From: Peptococcaceae bacterium
Lineage (GTDB): Bacteria > Bacillota > Peptococcia > DRI-13 > UBA5745
NCBI GenBank assembly: GCA_034927285.1
Contig: JAYFQF010000011.1
Coordinates: 23,670-87,669 of the forward strand
Length of the DNA stretch: 64,000 bases
Reading direction: 5' to 3'
The notes under the pieces were generated by a model that did no database searches, was not told the origin of the DNA, and saw only the letters and a program-made list of their open reading frames with translations. Within the stretch, counting starts at the first letter, position 1. Each line of letters begins with the position of its first letter. Made by a program: the position numbers and the translations under genes. Shown piece after piece: positions 48,172 through 57,500 of the stretch.

Positions 48172-49404
48172 TTACTTCCAGAAGATGTTGCCGGGCATGA
48201 TCGTGAAGGACTCATGACCATCGGCGGTGATGACATGAGTATCCTCCAGGTTGAAGCCGCCCTTGACGGGAGCGTTGCCGGCAGCCGAGTAAGGGGTCTC
48301 CAGGCAGACCACCATGTCGGGTTTCAGGACATAATCGGTGCCGGGGGCGATGGTCGGGTATTCCTCGGGGCCGGAGCCGCTGCCGATGGAGTGGCCCATG
48401 TGACCTCTGGGATATTTGGGGATCAGCCGGCTCTTCTCCACTTCTTCACGGATGGCCTTGTAGATTTCCTTCATCGGCACGCCGGGCTTGAGCATGCTGA
48501 CGCCCAGGCGGTTGGCCTTATACAGGGTCTCGTAGACTTCGAGAACCTGATCGGAGGCGGTGCCGCCCACGGCAAAGGTGCGGGCGATATCGCTCCAATA
48601 GCCGAGATACTGGAAGCCGACGTCGAATTTAATGACGTCGCCGGCCCGGAGGATGTAACCGCGGGGCATACCGCACAGGCCGAAATAGGGGCCTGCGGCG
48701 GGGATGAAGCTGCTGCCGCGGGAGGCAGTACCGTGTTCCAGGTTCAGCTTGCCGGCGTGATAGGTGAACATGGCGTCCAGCTTCCAGGCGGGCATGCCGG
48801 GCTTGATGTCCTCAATCATGGCGTTCCATGCCTTGTCAGCCTCCTGGGCCGCCAGACGGAGCATATCAATCTCCCACCGGCACTTCACCACGCGGCAATT
48901 ACGGGTAACGGTGGAACCGTCCACCACCATGCCCTGGGGCAGGGCGGCGGTGAGGGTGGTATAGAAGTGGTGCCCAACGCTTCCCATCTCGATCCCCACC
49001 TTGCCGTCCATCGGGGTGTGCTTAATGAGATCCCGCGTTATGTGGACAATGGCATCGGGGTCCATGACGTCGCCCTTGTCCCGGCGGGATTCCTCACTGC
49101 CATCGTCAATGAAGACCCAGGACATAAACTCACGCACGTCTACATTCTGGGTGGAGGCATCGGCATCGGCGCTCTCCAGTGTGCTGATGATGAGATGGAC
49201 GTCGCCCTCGGCGGGAACCACAGCAGCGCTGCTGCCCACCAGGGGCATATAACCGGTGGCGTAGAACACGTTGCAGGGGGTCTGGAGGATCAGATAGCCC
49301 AGGCCCTGCTCCTTCATTTCAGCCTGGATCTTATGGCAGAACCACTTTTGGTCGCGCTTAGCCAACATAGGGTGCAGGCACTTTTCCAGCTTATTTCGCA
49401 TCAC
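48172..49404 (-). CDS. M24 (Xaa-Pro peptidase/creatinase fold) metallohydrolase
   Basis: 'RVVKCRWEI', metal ligands in 'KFDVG', 'SDIARTF', 'GHSIG', 'LETP', 'LEDT'. Confidence 0.9.
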   Translation of the reverse strand: MMRNKLEKCLHPMLAKRDQKWFCHKIQAEMKEQGLGYLILQTPCNVFYATGYMPLVGSSAAVVPAEGDVHLIISTLESADADASTQNVDVREFMSWVFIDDGSEESRRDKGDVMDPDAIVHITRDLIKHTPMDGKVGIEMGSVGHHFYTTLTAALPQGMVVDGSTVTRNCRVVKCRWEIDMLRLAAQEADKAWNAMIEDIKPGMPAWKLDAMFTYHAGKLNLEHGTASRGSSFIPAAGPYFGLCGMPRGYILRAGDVIKFDVGFQYLGYWSDIARTFAVGGTASDQVLEVYETLYKANRLGVSMLKPGVPMKEIYKAIREEVEKSRLIPKYPRGHMGHSIGSGSGPEEYPTIAPGTDYVLKPDMVVCLETPYSAAGNAPVKGGFNLEDTHVITADGHESFTIMPGNIFWK

Positions 49405-49506
49405 AAAAGACTCCTTTTCTGTGTGGTGTGGGCCTCAGCGCCCCGGCCCTTGATGGTCTGGAGCGCTGAGCCGCGGGAGGTATAATGGGGAGGATGAAAA
49501 ACTTTT

Positions 49507-50832
49507 TTACTCTTCGATTTTGGCGGCCACGCGCTTGGCGCCGGAGGCCATCAGCTTATCACCGAAGCCAAAACAAATGATAAGGGCGACGATGAAGTAC
49601 ACAGCCACAAAGATGGCGGCCAGCTTGGTGAAGTTCAGGACGTTCAGCACAACAAAGATACCGATCAGAGCGGTACAGAAAGCGCAGAACACCACGCGGG
49701 AGGCAGATGAGGAAAAATATCCGGACAGCTTGGATTCCTTCCAGCCATCAGGATCACCCTCAGGCAGCTTCAGGAAACCCCAGATAGGGATGAGCATGGG
49801 GATCAGGGTCACGGCGGAAGCCAGGCTCACCAACTGACCGATGTTCAGACCAAACAGATTGGGGATCAGAGCCATCAGCCAGAACAGAACCATCAGAACC
49901 CAGGGGATACCATGGTTGTTGCGCTTACCCATAAACTCCGGCAGCCAGCCCTCGTCCACGCCGCGGATGATGGAACTCCAGTAGCGCTGATAATTGGAGT
50001 TGATGGTGGTGATGATAGCCAGCAGAGCGCCGCCGATGACGAAGATCAGGTAGCCATTGCCGGGATAAATGATCTGAGCCTGAACGGTCATGGGCTTGCC
50101 GGCGATCTCGGCGATGGGGGCCACGCCGGAGCCGACGAAGGCGACCAGGCCAAAGGCCAGGAAGGCACAGAAGAAGGTGATGATGGTCATGCGGGGGATA
50201 TTGCGCTTGGGGTTCTCGATCTGGGGGCCGAAGTTCACCAAAATGGTGCAGCCGCCCACGCCGAAGAGCACGGAGGCACAGGCGTCAAAGATGCCGCGGA
50301 CACCGCCGTATAACAGGTTCTCGCTGCTGAAGAGCTGACCCAGGTCGCACTTGGGCAGGCCCAGGATAATAAAGGACAGCAGCACGGCCAGCAGCACGGC
50401 TGTGGTAATGTTCTGGACCTTGGCGGAAGTCTTCAGTTCCAGCAGGTTCAGCAGGAAGAACACAGTGACGATGATACAGGCCGCCGCTTTGGTGCTGATA
50501 CCGGTGAAGATACTGCTCACGTAAGTGCCAAAAGCAACGCCCATATAAGCCTGGGCAAAGGCGGCGAAGATCTGGCAGTAAAGCCAGAAGCCCGCAGTCT
50601 TCTTACTGACCCAGGAAGTCATGACATAGGCCGGACTCATGACAGGATGAACGGTGGCGAAGAACATAGTAGGCAGGTTGGCCACGAACATGACGAAGAA
50701 GGCGATCAGATAGGCGATGATCACGCCGCTGCCGGCCATGCCGATAGCCACCCCGGTGTTAGTGATAATACCGGCGCCAATGGTGGCGCCCATTGCCATA
50801 AAGAATAAGTCTTTGCCGTTGAGCTTTTTCAC
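49507..50832 (-). CDS. APC family amino acid permease
   Basis: 'MGATIGAGI', 'IENPKRNIPR', 12 TM; GTG start with AAGGAG. Confidence 0.9.
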   Translation of the reverse strand: MKKLNGKDLFFMAMGATIGAGIITNTGVAIGMAGSGVIIAYLIAFFVMFVANLPTMFFATVHPVMSPAYVMTSWVSKKTAGFWLYCQIFAAFAQAYMGVAFGTYVSSIFTGISTKAAACIIVTVFFLLNLLELKTSAKVQNITTAVLLAVLLSFIILGLPKCDLGQLFSSENLLYGGVRGIFDACASVLFGVGGCTILVNFGPQIENPKRNIPRMTIITFFCAFLAFGLVAFVGSGVAPIAEIAGKPMTVQAQIIYPGNGYLIFVIGGALLAIITTINSNYQRYWSSIIRGVDEGWLPEFMGKRNNHGIPWVLMVLFWLMALIPNLFGLNIGQLVSLASAVTLIPMLIPIWGFLKLPEGDPDGWKESKLSGYFSSSASRVVFCAFCTALIGIFVVLNVLNFTKLAAIFVAVYFIVALIICFGFGDKLMASGAKRVAAKIEE

Positions 50833-50945
50833 AAATTCTCCTTCTTTCTCTCAAAATTTGCTTCTCTGCTTATTGCGCTTAACCGGGCCCGTCAAACATA
50901 AGCCATAAGCGATTGAAATTGGAAGTGGATAAGGAGCGCACCATG

Positions 50946-51494
50946 CTATCCCAGGCTTTCCAATACCTCCTGAAGGGAGGCGGCAGAAGGAAGATCATTT
51001 CCCAGGACGCCGTAATGAACCATCGCCGCGCAACCGCTGCGGTTAAAGAGAAATAATGCCGGGAGACGCAGAGGGTCGCCGGTGTCCGTGCCGTGAACAA
51101 AACCCGCGTCATAGGCGTTTTTAATACACGCCATGGTACTGTCATCTCCTAACTGCTCCCTGTTCGGGGAACTTCCCACGCCGTAGCGTGTATAGAGAGT
51201 GCCTGCTGAATCGCAGATCACCTCGTAAGGGATTTTTTTCGGAGAAAGTACCGAGGAGGCGCCGGCTGCGCTGGCGTTAACTACGATGAGAACTTGCGTG
51301 TCGGCGCGGCGAAACAACTCCTGCGCCCCGATCAGCTCTTGGATGTATGCCTGGGTCAGAACGCAGGCCGCGTCGCGAAGAAAAAATATAGCCGTTTTCT
51401 TTCTGTCAGTTAAATCTCTTAACGATATTTCGCTTCCACTTAAGGGATGAACGAGAGCGTCTATCAGAGGTGAGCCCACCGTAAGCTTCCGCAA
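50946..51494 (-). CDS. AhpC/TSA-like (peroxiredoxin-like) protein with CxxT motif
   Basis: 'FFLRDAACVLTQ', 'YEVICDS...LY..YGV', 'HG...GDPLRLPALF'; start re-called to TTG 51494 after AAGGGGG. Confidence 0.7.
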   Translation of the reverse strand: MRKLTVGSPLIDALVHPLSGSEISLRDLTDRKKTAIFFLRDAACVLTQAYIQELIGAQELFRRADTQVLIVVNASAAGASSVLSPKKIPYEVICDSAGTLYTRYGVGSSPNREQLGDDSTMACIKNAYDAGFVHGTDTGDPLRLPALFLFNRSGCAAMVHYGVLGNDLPSAASLQEVLESLG

Positions 51495-51560
51495 ATAAAT
51501 CAATCCCCCTTTGCAGGCGCCACTCATCTCGCGAAAGAAGAGTGCCGCCAAATTCTTGCC

Positions 51561-51614
51561 TATTGTTAATTCAATTAACAATATTGTTATATCATGACTT
51601 CTTATGCCTGTCAA
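51561..51614 (-). promoter_or_regulatory. Promoter plus operator 1
   Basis: TTGACA-17-TATAAC with TG extension; palindrome TATTGTTAAT-tca-ATTAACAATA at 51561-51583. Confidence 0.75.
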
Positions 51615-51746
51615 TAGCCTTTTGGGTGAAAATTCCGAGAACAATATTTTAGCCTCGAAGCTTTGTTTTATTGTATATTTTTTATTTAAAAGCATTGATT
51701 TAATGCGGATTTACAGTAATCTTTTTCTTGAAACCACAAAAAGACA

Positions 51747-51808
51747 TTGACTTCCGTTAACGAGCAATGCTATCATAAGTTTATGCAAATTGTTAATCTG
51801 ATTAACAA
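51747..51808 (+). promoter_or_regulatory. Promoter plus operator 2
   Basis: TTGACT-18-TATCAT with TG extension; palindrome TTGTTAAT-ctg-ATTAACAA at 51790-51808. Confidence 0.75.
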
Positions 51809-51856
51809 AAGTAACGAGACGCCTATTTAATCTTTGGAATGAAACGGAAGATGATT

Positions 51857-53041
51857 ATGAAAAAATATGATTTCGAAACTGTGATTTCCCGCAAGGGCAC
51901 CGGAAGCCTTAAGTGGAAAGAGATGGAACCCTATAACTGCTCCGAGGACATTATCCCCTTCTCTGTGGCGGACATGGAACTGAAGAATATGCCTGAGGTA
52001 GTGGAAGGCCTGAAGGCTTTTCTGGATACCAGCATCCTGGGTTACTCCAACCCGACCGCCGGGTATAAGGATGCCGTGTGCGCCTGGCTGAAGCGCCGTC
52101 ACAACTGGATGATCTCCCCTGAGTGGATCGTGGACACCCCCGGCGTCATCAACGCCTTTTTCACGGCGGTAAAAGCCTTTACCGAGCCCGGCGACGGCGT
52201 TTTGCTGACCACTCCGGTCTACTATCCCATGTATATGGCCGTCGAGCGCAACGGGCGGAAGATCGTTTCCTCCCCCCTCATCAACGACAACGGCATCTAT
52301 CGCATCGACTTTGAGGATTTCGAGGCCAAAGCTAAGGATCCGAAGGTCAGGCTGTTCATCCTGTGCAGCCCCCACAACCCCTCCTCCCGGGTCTGGACCC
52401 GGGAAGAACTGGCGCGCCTGGGCCGGATCTGTATCGATAACGGTGTGGTCATTTGCAGTGATGAGATCCACAACGACCTGATCATGCCTGGCTACGAACA
52501 CACGGTCTTCGGTTCCATCAGCCAAGAGTTTGCCCAGCACTCCCTGATCTGCACCGCTCCCAGTAAGACCTTCAATCTGGCCGGACTTCAGACCTCCAAT
52601 ATTATTATCCCCAACGAAGAGCTGCGCAAGAGTTTTTTTACCGAGATGCTGAAGCATGAGGGCAACCCCAAGTGCAATATTCTGGGTCTGGAGGGCTGCC
52701 GCCTGGCCTACACCTACGGTGATGAGTGGCTGGAGCAGGCTCTGTCCATCATCGACGCCAACCGCAAGCTGGTGGTGGATTTCCTGGCCGGTGAGTTCCC
52801 GGCGGTGAAGGTGACGCCTTTGGAGGGTACCTATTTACTGTGGATGGACTTCCGGCCCCTGGGCATCGAGGCCAGGGAACTGGCCCGCATCCTGCGGGAG
52901 GAAGCTCACCTGTTCTTCGATGACGGTTTTATTTTCGGCCAGCAGGGTACCGGATTTGAGCGCTGGAACCTAGCCTGTCCCACGTCCTACATCGCCCCCG
53001 CGCTGGAGCGACTGAAAAGCTCTCTTAAAAAGCATATTTGA
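51857..53041 (+). CDS. MalY/PatB family PLP-dependent C-S (cystathionine beta) lyase
   Basis: 'RKGTGSLKW', 'VADM', 'LCSPHNP', 'DEIH', 'APSKTFNLAG', 'EGTYLLW'. Confidence 0.92.
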   Translation: MKKYDFETVISRKGTGSLKWKEMEPYNCSEDIIPFSVADMELKNMPEVVEGLKAFLDTSILGYSNPTAGYKDAVCAWLKRRHNWMISPEWIVDTPGVINAFFTAVKAFTEPGDGVLLTTPVYYPMYMAVERNGRKIVSSPLINDNGIYRIDFEDFEAKAKDPKVRLFILCSPHNPSSRVWTREELARLGRICIDNGVVICSDEIHNDLIMPGYEHTVFGSISQEFAQHSLICTAPSKTFNLAGLQTSNIIIPNEELRKSFFTEMLKHEGNPKCNILGLEGCRLAYTYGDEWLEQALSIIDANRKLVVDFLAGEFPAVKVTPLEGTYLLWMDFRPLGIEARELARILREEAHLFFDDGFIFGQQGTGFERWNLACPTSYIAPALERLKSSLKKHI

Positions 53042-53106
53042 TAAGGGCCCTGCGCCTGCCCGCCGGTCTCCGGCAAGCCCAATCCTGCACTGAGTCCGTT
53101 TTCGAA

Positions 53107-53150
53107 ACAAAAAGTGGGGGACCGCTTCTTTGCGGTCCCCCACTTTTTGT
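53107..53150. terminator. Bidirectional terminator
   Basis: acaaaaagtgggggaccgc-N6-gcggtcccccactttttgt. Confidence 0.85.
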
Positions 53151-53157
53151 ACTTTTG

Positions 53158-53736
53158 TCAGCTTTTTGTGCCGCCGGTTTTTTCTCCGGTGTAGTCAAAA
53201 CCGGGATTGCCGTCCTCATCGACGAAGTAACCCTTCTGCATGACCTTGATCTGGTAATCCAGTACTTTGAAATAGGCGTCGATCTCCTCGGCGGTACAGT
53301 AACCCAGCATCTCATTGATGAGGGCGCTGGTCTGCATAGCGTCATAGCGTCTGTGCAGCTCGCAGAGCTGGTGACCCTTCTCCGTAGCAAAGAGGGCTCG
53401 TTCCTTCTTGTTGCCGTCGATGAACTCCTTGGTGATATACCCGCTCTCTTCCAACCGCTGGACGATGACACAGATAGCGCTGCGGGTGCGGCACCAGTTC
53501 CGGGCAAGCTCCACACTCAACATACCGGGGTTTTCATCGATATCCTTCAGGATGTGGGCGTCCAGCATCTTGATCTGCTCACCGTTGCCATAGTCGCGCT
53601 GTTCGGTGATGGTTCTGTGTAACAGGGCAGAAAAGCGGAACTTTAAATTTCCTTTGTAGTCCAACTGCTTCAGAATGGAACTCACATCGCTGCTCTCGTT
53701 GATTGTTTTTTCCCGGAATCTATCCTTTTCCTTCAC
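53158..53736 (-). CDS. MarR family transcriptional regulator
   Basis: 'RDYGNGE...HILKDIDENPG...ELARNWCRTRSAI...LEESGYI...ATEKG'; GTG start with GGAGG. Confidence 0.85.
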   Translation of the reverse strand: MKEKDRFREKTINESSDVSSILKQLDYKGNLKFRFSALLHRTITEQRDYGNGEQIKMLDAHILKDIDENPGMLSVELARNWCRTRSAICVIVQRLEESGYITKEFIDGNKKERALFATEKGHQLCELHRRYDAMQTSALINEMLGYCTAEEIDAYFKVLDYQIKVMQKGYFVDEDGNPGFDYTGEKTGGTKS

Positions 53737-53992
53737 GTATAAGCCTCCAAAGCATTTTAGAAACAAGAAATTTTAATGCTTAAGCCATCTTTTGTATTAA
53801 AGCATATTTTGTTCGAAAATGCAACAATTAATCCGCCTGTTTCTTCGGCACTTAAGAAAACCGCCGTTTCCCGGCCGGGGAACAGCGGTCTTTTATCAGC
53901 TACTATTCTTTTTCCTCTTTTCCCTATAGCCGAGCCTTTAACAGCCGCCGCACCGGATATGCCCGGCAGCCAAAAAGGCAATCGCTCAGCCC

Positions 53993-54577
53993 TCAGGATA
54001 CCTTTACCGGCTTTTCTTTTTCCTTGTCGATCAGCCGCTGCATATAAGCGATCACCTGGGGAGCGGCGATCAGAAACCAGGAGGCAAACTTCTGAGGTCT
54101 CTGGCTTAGGGCCACCACCAGATGGTCCATATCCACCCAGGACAATTCCTGGATTTCGTCGGGGTCCGGCAGCCAGTCCTTGGCTTCACCGTCGTAATTT
54201 CCCACCAACACATGATCCAGTTCGTATTCCGACAGACCATGATCAAAAACATTGCGATAAACAAAGGTGAAAAGCTCCATCAGCTGGCAGCGGATGCCGG
54301 TTTCCTCATAAAGCCGCCGGTGAGCCGCCTGCAGAAGCTCTTCCTCCGGCCGGGGATGGGAGCAGCAGGTGTTGGCCCATAGGCCGCTGCTGTGGTATTT
54401 GCCGGGGGCGCGCTTCTGCAAAAGCAGCCGGCGGCCCGGAACGTCCACCAGGAAAACGGAGAACGCACGGTGCAAAAGGCCGTCCCGGTGCACGGAAAGC
54501 TTGTCCAGCGTACCTACGGGACGATCAAAAATATCCACCAAAATCAGACTGTCTTTGCTGTTGTCCATCTGCTCCAT
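53993..54577 (-). CDS. idi: Isopentenyl-diphosphate delta-isomerase, type 1
   Basis: 'LHRAFSVF', 'LLQKRA..KY', 'WANTCCSHP', 'EYELDHV', Nudix fold. Confidence 0.92.
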   Translation of the reverse strand: MEQMDNSKDSLILVDIFDRPVGTLDKLSVHRDGLLHRAFSVFLVDVPGRRLLLQKRAPGKYHSSGLWANTCCSHPRPEEELLQAAHRRLYEETGIRCQLMELFTFVYRNVFDHGLSEYELDHVLVGNYDGEAKDWLPDPDEIQELSWVDMDHLVVALSQRPQKFASWFLIAAPQVIAYMQRLIDKEKEKPVKVS

Positions 54578-54605
54578 CCCTCCTTTGAAATTTCCGGTGA
54601 AGCCT

Positions 54606-55847
54606 CTACCATTTCAGCAGAGTAATGCCGCCCTGGCGCAAGGCTTTCAGGATTTGCTCCCCATGCTCAAAACCCTGCGTCTCGATCAGCACCGAGACGC
54701 TGACGGTACTGATGGGCAGATCCGCCCGGTTACGGTCATGGATCACATTGATAACGTTGCCCTTTTCCTTGGCGATGATATCCAGGTAACGCCGCAGGCT
54801 TCCGGGCTTATCGCCGATGGCGGCGGTGACCTCCCGGTAACGGCCGTTCTTCAGCATACCGCGCTGGATAATCTGAGCCACGAAATTTACGTCCACATTG
54901 CCGCCGCTGACAATGCAGGCGAGCTTCCGGCCCTGGGTAGGCACTTTCTGATAAAGGGCTGCCGCCACGGAAGCGGCGCCGGCTCCTTCAGTGACCACTT
55001 TTACCCGCTCTAAAAGCATCAAAATGGTACCGGCCACCTCTTCGTCGTCCACCTTCACCATACCGTCCAGATATTTATCCAGGATGGCGCCGGTGATTTT
55101 TCCGGGGTGCTTGACCTGGATACCGTCGGCAATGGTATGCCCCCGATTGGCCGCCTCGACCCCGATAACCTTTACCTTAGGATTAAGGGATTTTACGGCC
55201 AATGATACGCCGGCGGCCAGACCGCCGCCGCCCACCGGTACCAAGACGGTATCCAGCTCGCTCATCTGTTCCATAATTTCCAGGCCGATGGTGCCCTGTC
55301 CGGCGATGACGTAGGGATCGTCGTAGGCGTGAAGGAACAGGGTCCCCTGCTCTTTCTGCAGCTCCATGGCCCGCCGCCAGGCCTCGTCATAATTGGCGCC
55401 GGACAGCACCACTTCGGCGCCGTAGCCTCTGGTGGCCATGATCTTGGAAATCGGCGCTCCTTCCGGCATCACAATGGTGGACTTAATCCCGGCCCGGGTA
55501 GCCGCCAGGGCCACGCCCTGAGCATGGTTGCCGGCAGAGGCGGCAATCACCCCTTTTATGTCGGAATCCCCGGCCAGAGCCAGGATCCGGTTGCTGGCGC
55601 CCCGTACTTTAAAGGAGCCGGTCTTCTGCATATTTTCCAGCTTGAGAAACACCTCGCCGCCGGTGATCTCGTCCAAAGAGCGGGACCGGCTTAAGGAAGT
55701 CTTATGGACCAGGCCGGCAAGTCTGTCCTTGGCCTGCCAGATATCCTTCAGCTCTACCGCTGTGCCGCCGGCCTCTGTGACCTCGGCCGCTTTTTTGATA
55801 TCCGCCGCAGTTTGGGCGGCAGCCTCCGCTGTATCATTTTTTTTCAT
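54606..55847 (-). CDS. ilvA: Threonine ammonia-lyase with C-terminal ACT domain
   Basis: 'LKLENMQKTGSFKVRGA', 'SAGNHAQG', 'VGGGGL', 'SGGN', 'DKPGSL'; start uncertain. Confidence 0.88.
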   Translation of the reverse strand: MKKNDTAEAAAQTAADIKKAAEVTEAGGTAVELKDIWQAKDRLAGLVHKTSLSRSRSLDEITGGEVFLKLENMQKTGSFKVRGASNRILALAGDSDIKGVIAASAGNHAQGVALAATRAGIKSTIVMPEGAPISKIMATRGYGAEVVLSGANYDEAWRRAMELQKEQGTLFLHAYDDPYVIAGQGTIGLEIMEQMSELDTVLVPVGGGGLAAGVSLAVKSLNPKVKVIGVEAANRGHTIADGIQVKHPGKITGAILDKYLDGMVKVDDEEVAGTILMLLERVKVVTEGAGAASVAAALYQKVPTQGRKLACIVSGGNVDVNFVAQIIQRGMLKNGRYREVTAAIGDKPGSLRRYLDIIAKEKGNVINVIHDRNRADLPISTVSVSVLIETQGFEHGEQILKALRQGGITLLKW

Positions 55848-55863
55848 GTCGCTCTGCACTTCC

Positions 55864-56499
55864 TTAATTTTCAATGCCCAAACGGGCTTCCAGTCCTAAA
55901 TCATGATAATAGTGCTTGATTTCCTTCATCTCGGTGACCAGATCGGCCTTGCGGATCAGCTCTTCCGGCGCCCCCCGACCGGTCAGCACCACTTCCACAG
56001 CCGGGTTGCGGGAATCCAGGACCGCTTCCAGGTCCGGCCACTTCACCAGATTAAAGAATAAAGCTACGTTGATTTCATCCAGCACCACAAGGTCATATTC
56101 CCCGCCGGCCAGCACCTGCCGGGCCCGTTCCAGCCCCCGTTCCACCAAAGCCCGGTATTCGGCCGGCGGATTTCCCGGCGGAAAAATCACCACGCTTTCG
56201 CCGAATTTTGCTATATCCTCTTCGCTCATGGTACCTTCCGGAGCGATAAAAAACGGCTTCCCCACGGTTTCCAGGGTAAGCTTGTCCCCAAAGACCGCCA
56301 GAGACTTGTGTTCACTATACCCTTTGGCTTTCAGAAACTGTAAAAACATTACCTTCTTTCCGGCGCCCACTGCCCGGACCGCCAGTCCGATGGCGGCGGT
56401 GGTCTTTCCTTTGCCGTTTCCGGTATATACCTGGATCATCCCTTGGGACGTCCCGCTCTTTTGGAGGTCTGCCGCGCAGGCCTTGTCGGCTTCTTTCAT
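55864..56499 (-). CDS. cobO: Cob(I)yrinic acid a,c-diamide adenosyltransferase (CobO/BtuR)
   Basis: 'YTGNGKGKTTAA', 'QFLK', 'VLDEIN', 'LTGR', 'ADLVTEM...KH', 'GIE'. Confidence 0.92.
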   Translation of the reverse strand: MKEADKACAADLQKSGTSQGMIQVYTGNGKGKTTAAIGLAVRAVGAGKKVMFLQFLKAKGYSEHKSLAVFGDKLTLETVGKPFFIAPEGTMSEEDIAKFGESVVIFPPGNPPAEYRALVERGLERARQVLAGGEYDLVVLDEINVALFFNLVKWPDLEAVLDSRNPAVEVVLTGRGAPEELIRKADLVTEMKEIKHYYHDLGLEARLGIEN

Positions 56500-57086
56500 G
56501 GATTTATCCCTCCTTGCCTGGTATCAAGTTGATCTTCTTCCCGGGCCGGGGCGGTTTCCCGCTCCTTGACCCTGCGAACCTGTTCCAGCTGGGCGGCGTT
56601 TTCCCGATACTGCCGGGCCAGGGCAAAACACTGATGGGCCGGAGAGAGTTTCTTTTGCCTCTGCAGGTGACGGCCCAGTTGTTCATAAGTCAAGGCCAGA
56701 TTATAATGGGCCTCGTAAGATTCCGGCTCCAGCATCACGGCTGCCTGCAGCATCCAGACCGCCTCTCCAAAATCAAAGCGGCTGGCCAGATCCGTGCCCT
56801 CGAGCAAAAGCTGACGAGCCAGGTTAGGATCATACATGGACAGCCATACGCTGTACAGCGGCGCCAGGGGATCGTCCGGCTGATGCCCCAACACGGTAAC
56901 CATGGCGCCGGCCACCGCCGTCATCTTCTGCCGCCCCTCCAGGCCTTGATTTTCAGCATTTTTAAAAACGGGATAGGCCGGCAGCATGGGTGAATCCTCC
57001 ATTCGTTCCCCTTCCGGCTGGACCCAGGGGATATAGGTGATTAATTCCCGCCAGCCGGAGTCCCAGGGAAGATATGCAGCTGCCAA
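56496..57086 (-). CDS. TPR-containing hypothetical protein
   Basis: 'EAVWMLQAAVMLEPESYEAHYNLALTY' TPR; stop overlaps cobO start (ATGA). Confidence 0.7.
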   Translation of the reverse strand: MAAAYLPWDSGWRELITYIPWVQPEGERMEDSPMLPAYPVFKNAENQGLEGRQKMTAVAGAMVTVLGHQPDDPLAPLYSVWLSMYDPNLARQLLLEGTDLASRFDFGEAVWMLQAAVMLEPESYEAHYNLALTYEQLGRHLQRQKKLSPAHQCFALARQYRENAAQLEQVRRVKERETAPAREEDQLDTRQGGINP

Positions 57087-57411
57087 AAGGTTCCCTTCTT
57101 TCCTCTTTGTTTAATAAACTAATTCCTTTAATCCAGCTTAAATTCTACCATAAAAAGCAAAACCCTGCTTAGCCAATGGTTTTAAATTGTGATGTTCAAA
57201 TTGAAAAGCGTCTATTTTACTTACTTTTTTTAACCGGCGCTCTGTCATATTATCTATACTTGACGGCTGCGGCATACATTTGACACATATTACTTTAAAA
57301 TAACAGTATACTGTGCACATAACCATAAAGACAGACCTTCCGCGCTGACGGTAACACCTCGATGTAATGTAAAAAACTTGATATAACAGTTGAAATAGTG
57401 CAATGTATAGT

Positions 57412-57497
57412 CAAGAGGATAACCTTAGACAGTTAGCCTTTCTCGAAAATTATCATTCTCAAGAAATAACCGCCCTGCCAGGCGGTTATTTCCTTTC
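57412..57497 (+). ncRNA. Putative type I antitoxin RNA
   Basis: TATAGT -10 at 57406-11, terminator gaaataaccgcc-N6-ggcggttatttc; convergent with and overlapping the toxin 3' end; ends approximate. Confidence 0.55.
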
Positions 57498-57500
57498 ACT

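Noticed and set aside
48076-49485. 469-aa plus-strand ORF
   Set aside because: Antisense shadow of the GC3-rich M24 peptidase gene; no motifs. The same applies to other long antisense ORFs such as 25605-26522, 51827-52657, 6668-7477 and 58278-58994.
51495-51695. N-terminal extension of the peroxiredoxin-like ORF
   Set aside because: Covers the promoter and operator; a better RBS precedes TTG at 51494.
57138-57326. 62-aa ORF in the AT-rich junction
   Set aside because: No RBS, no motif, and it overlaps promoter-like sequence.
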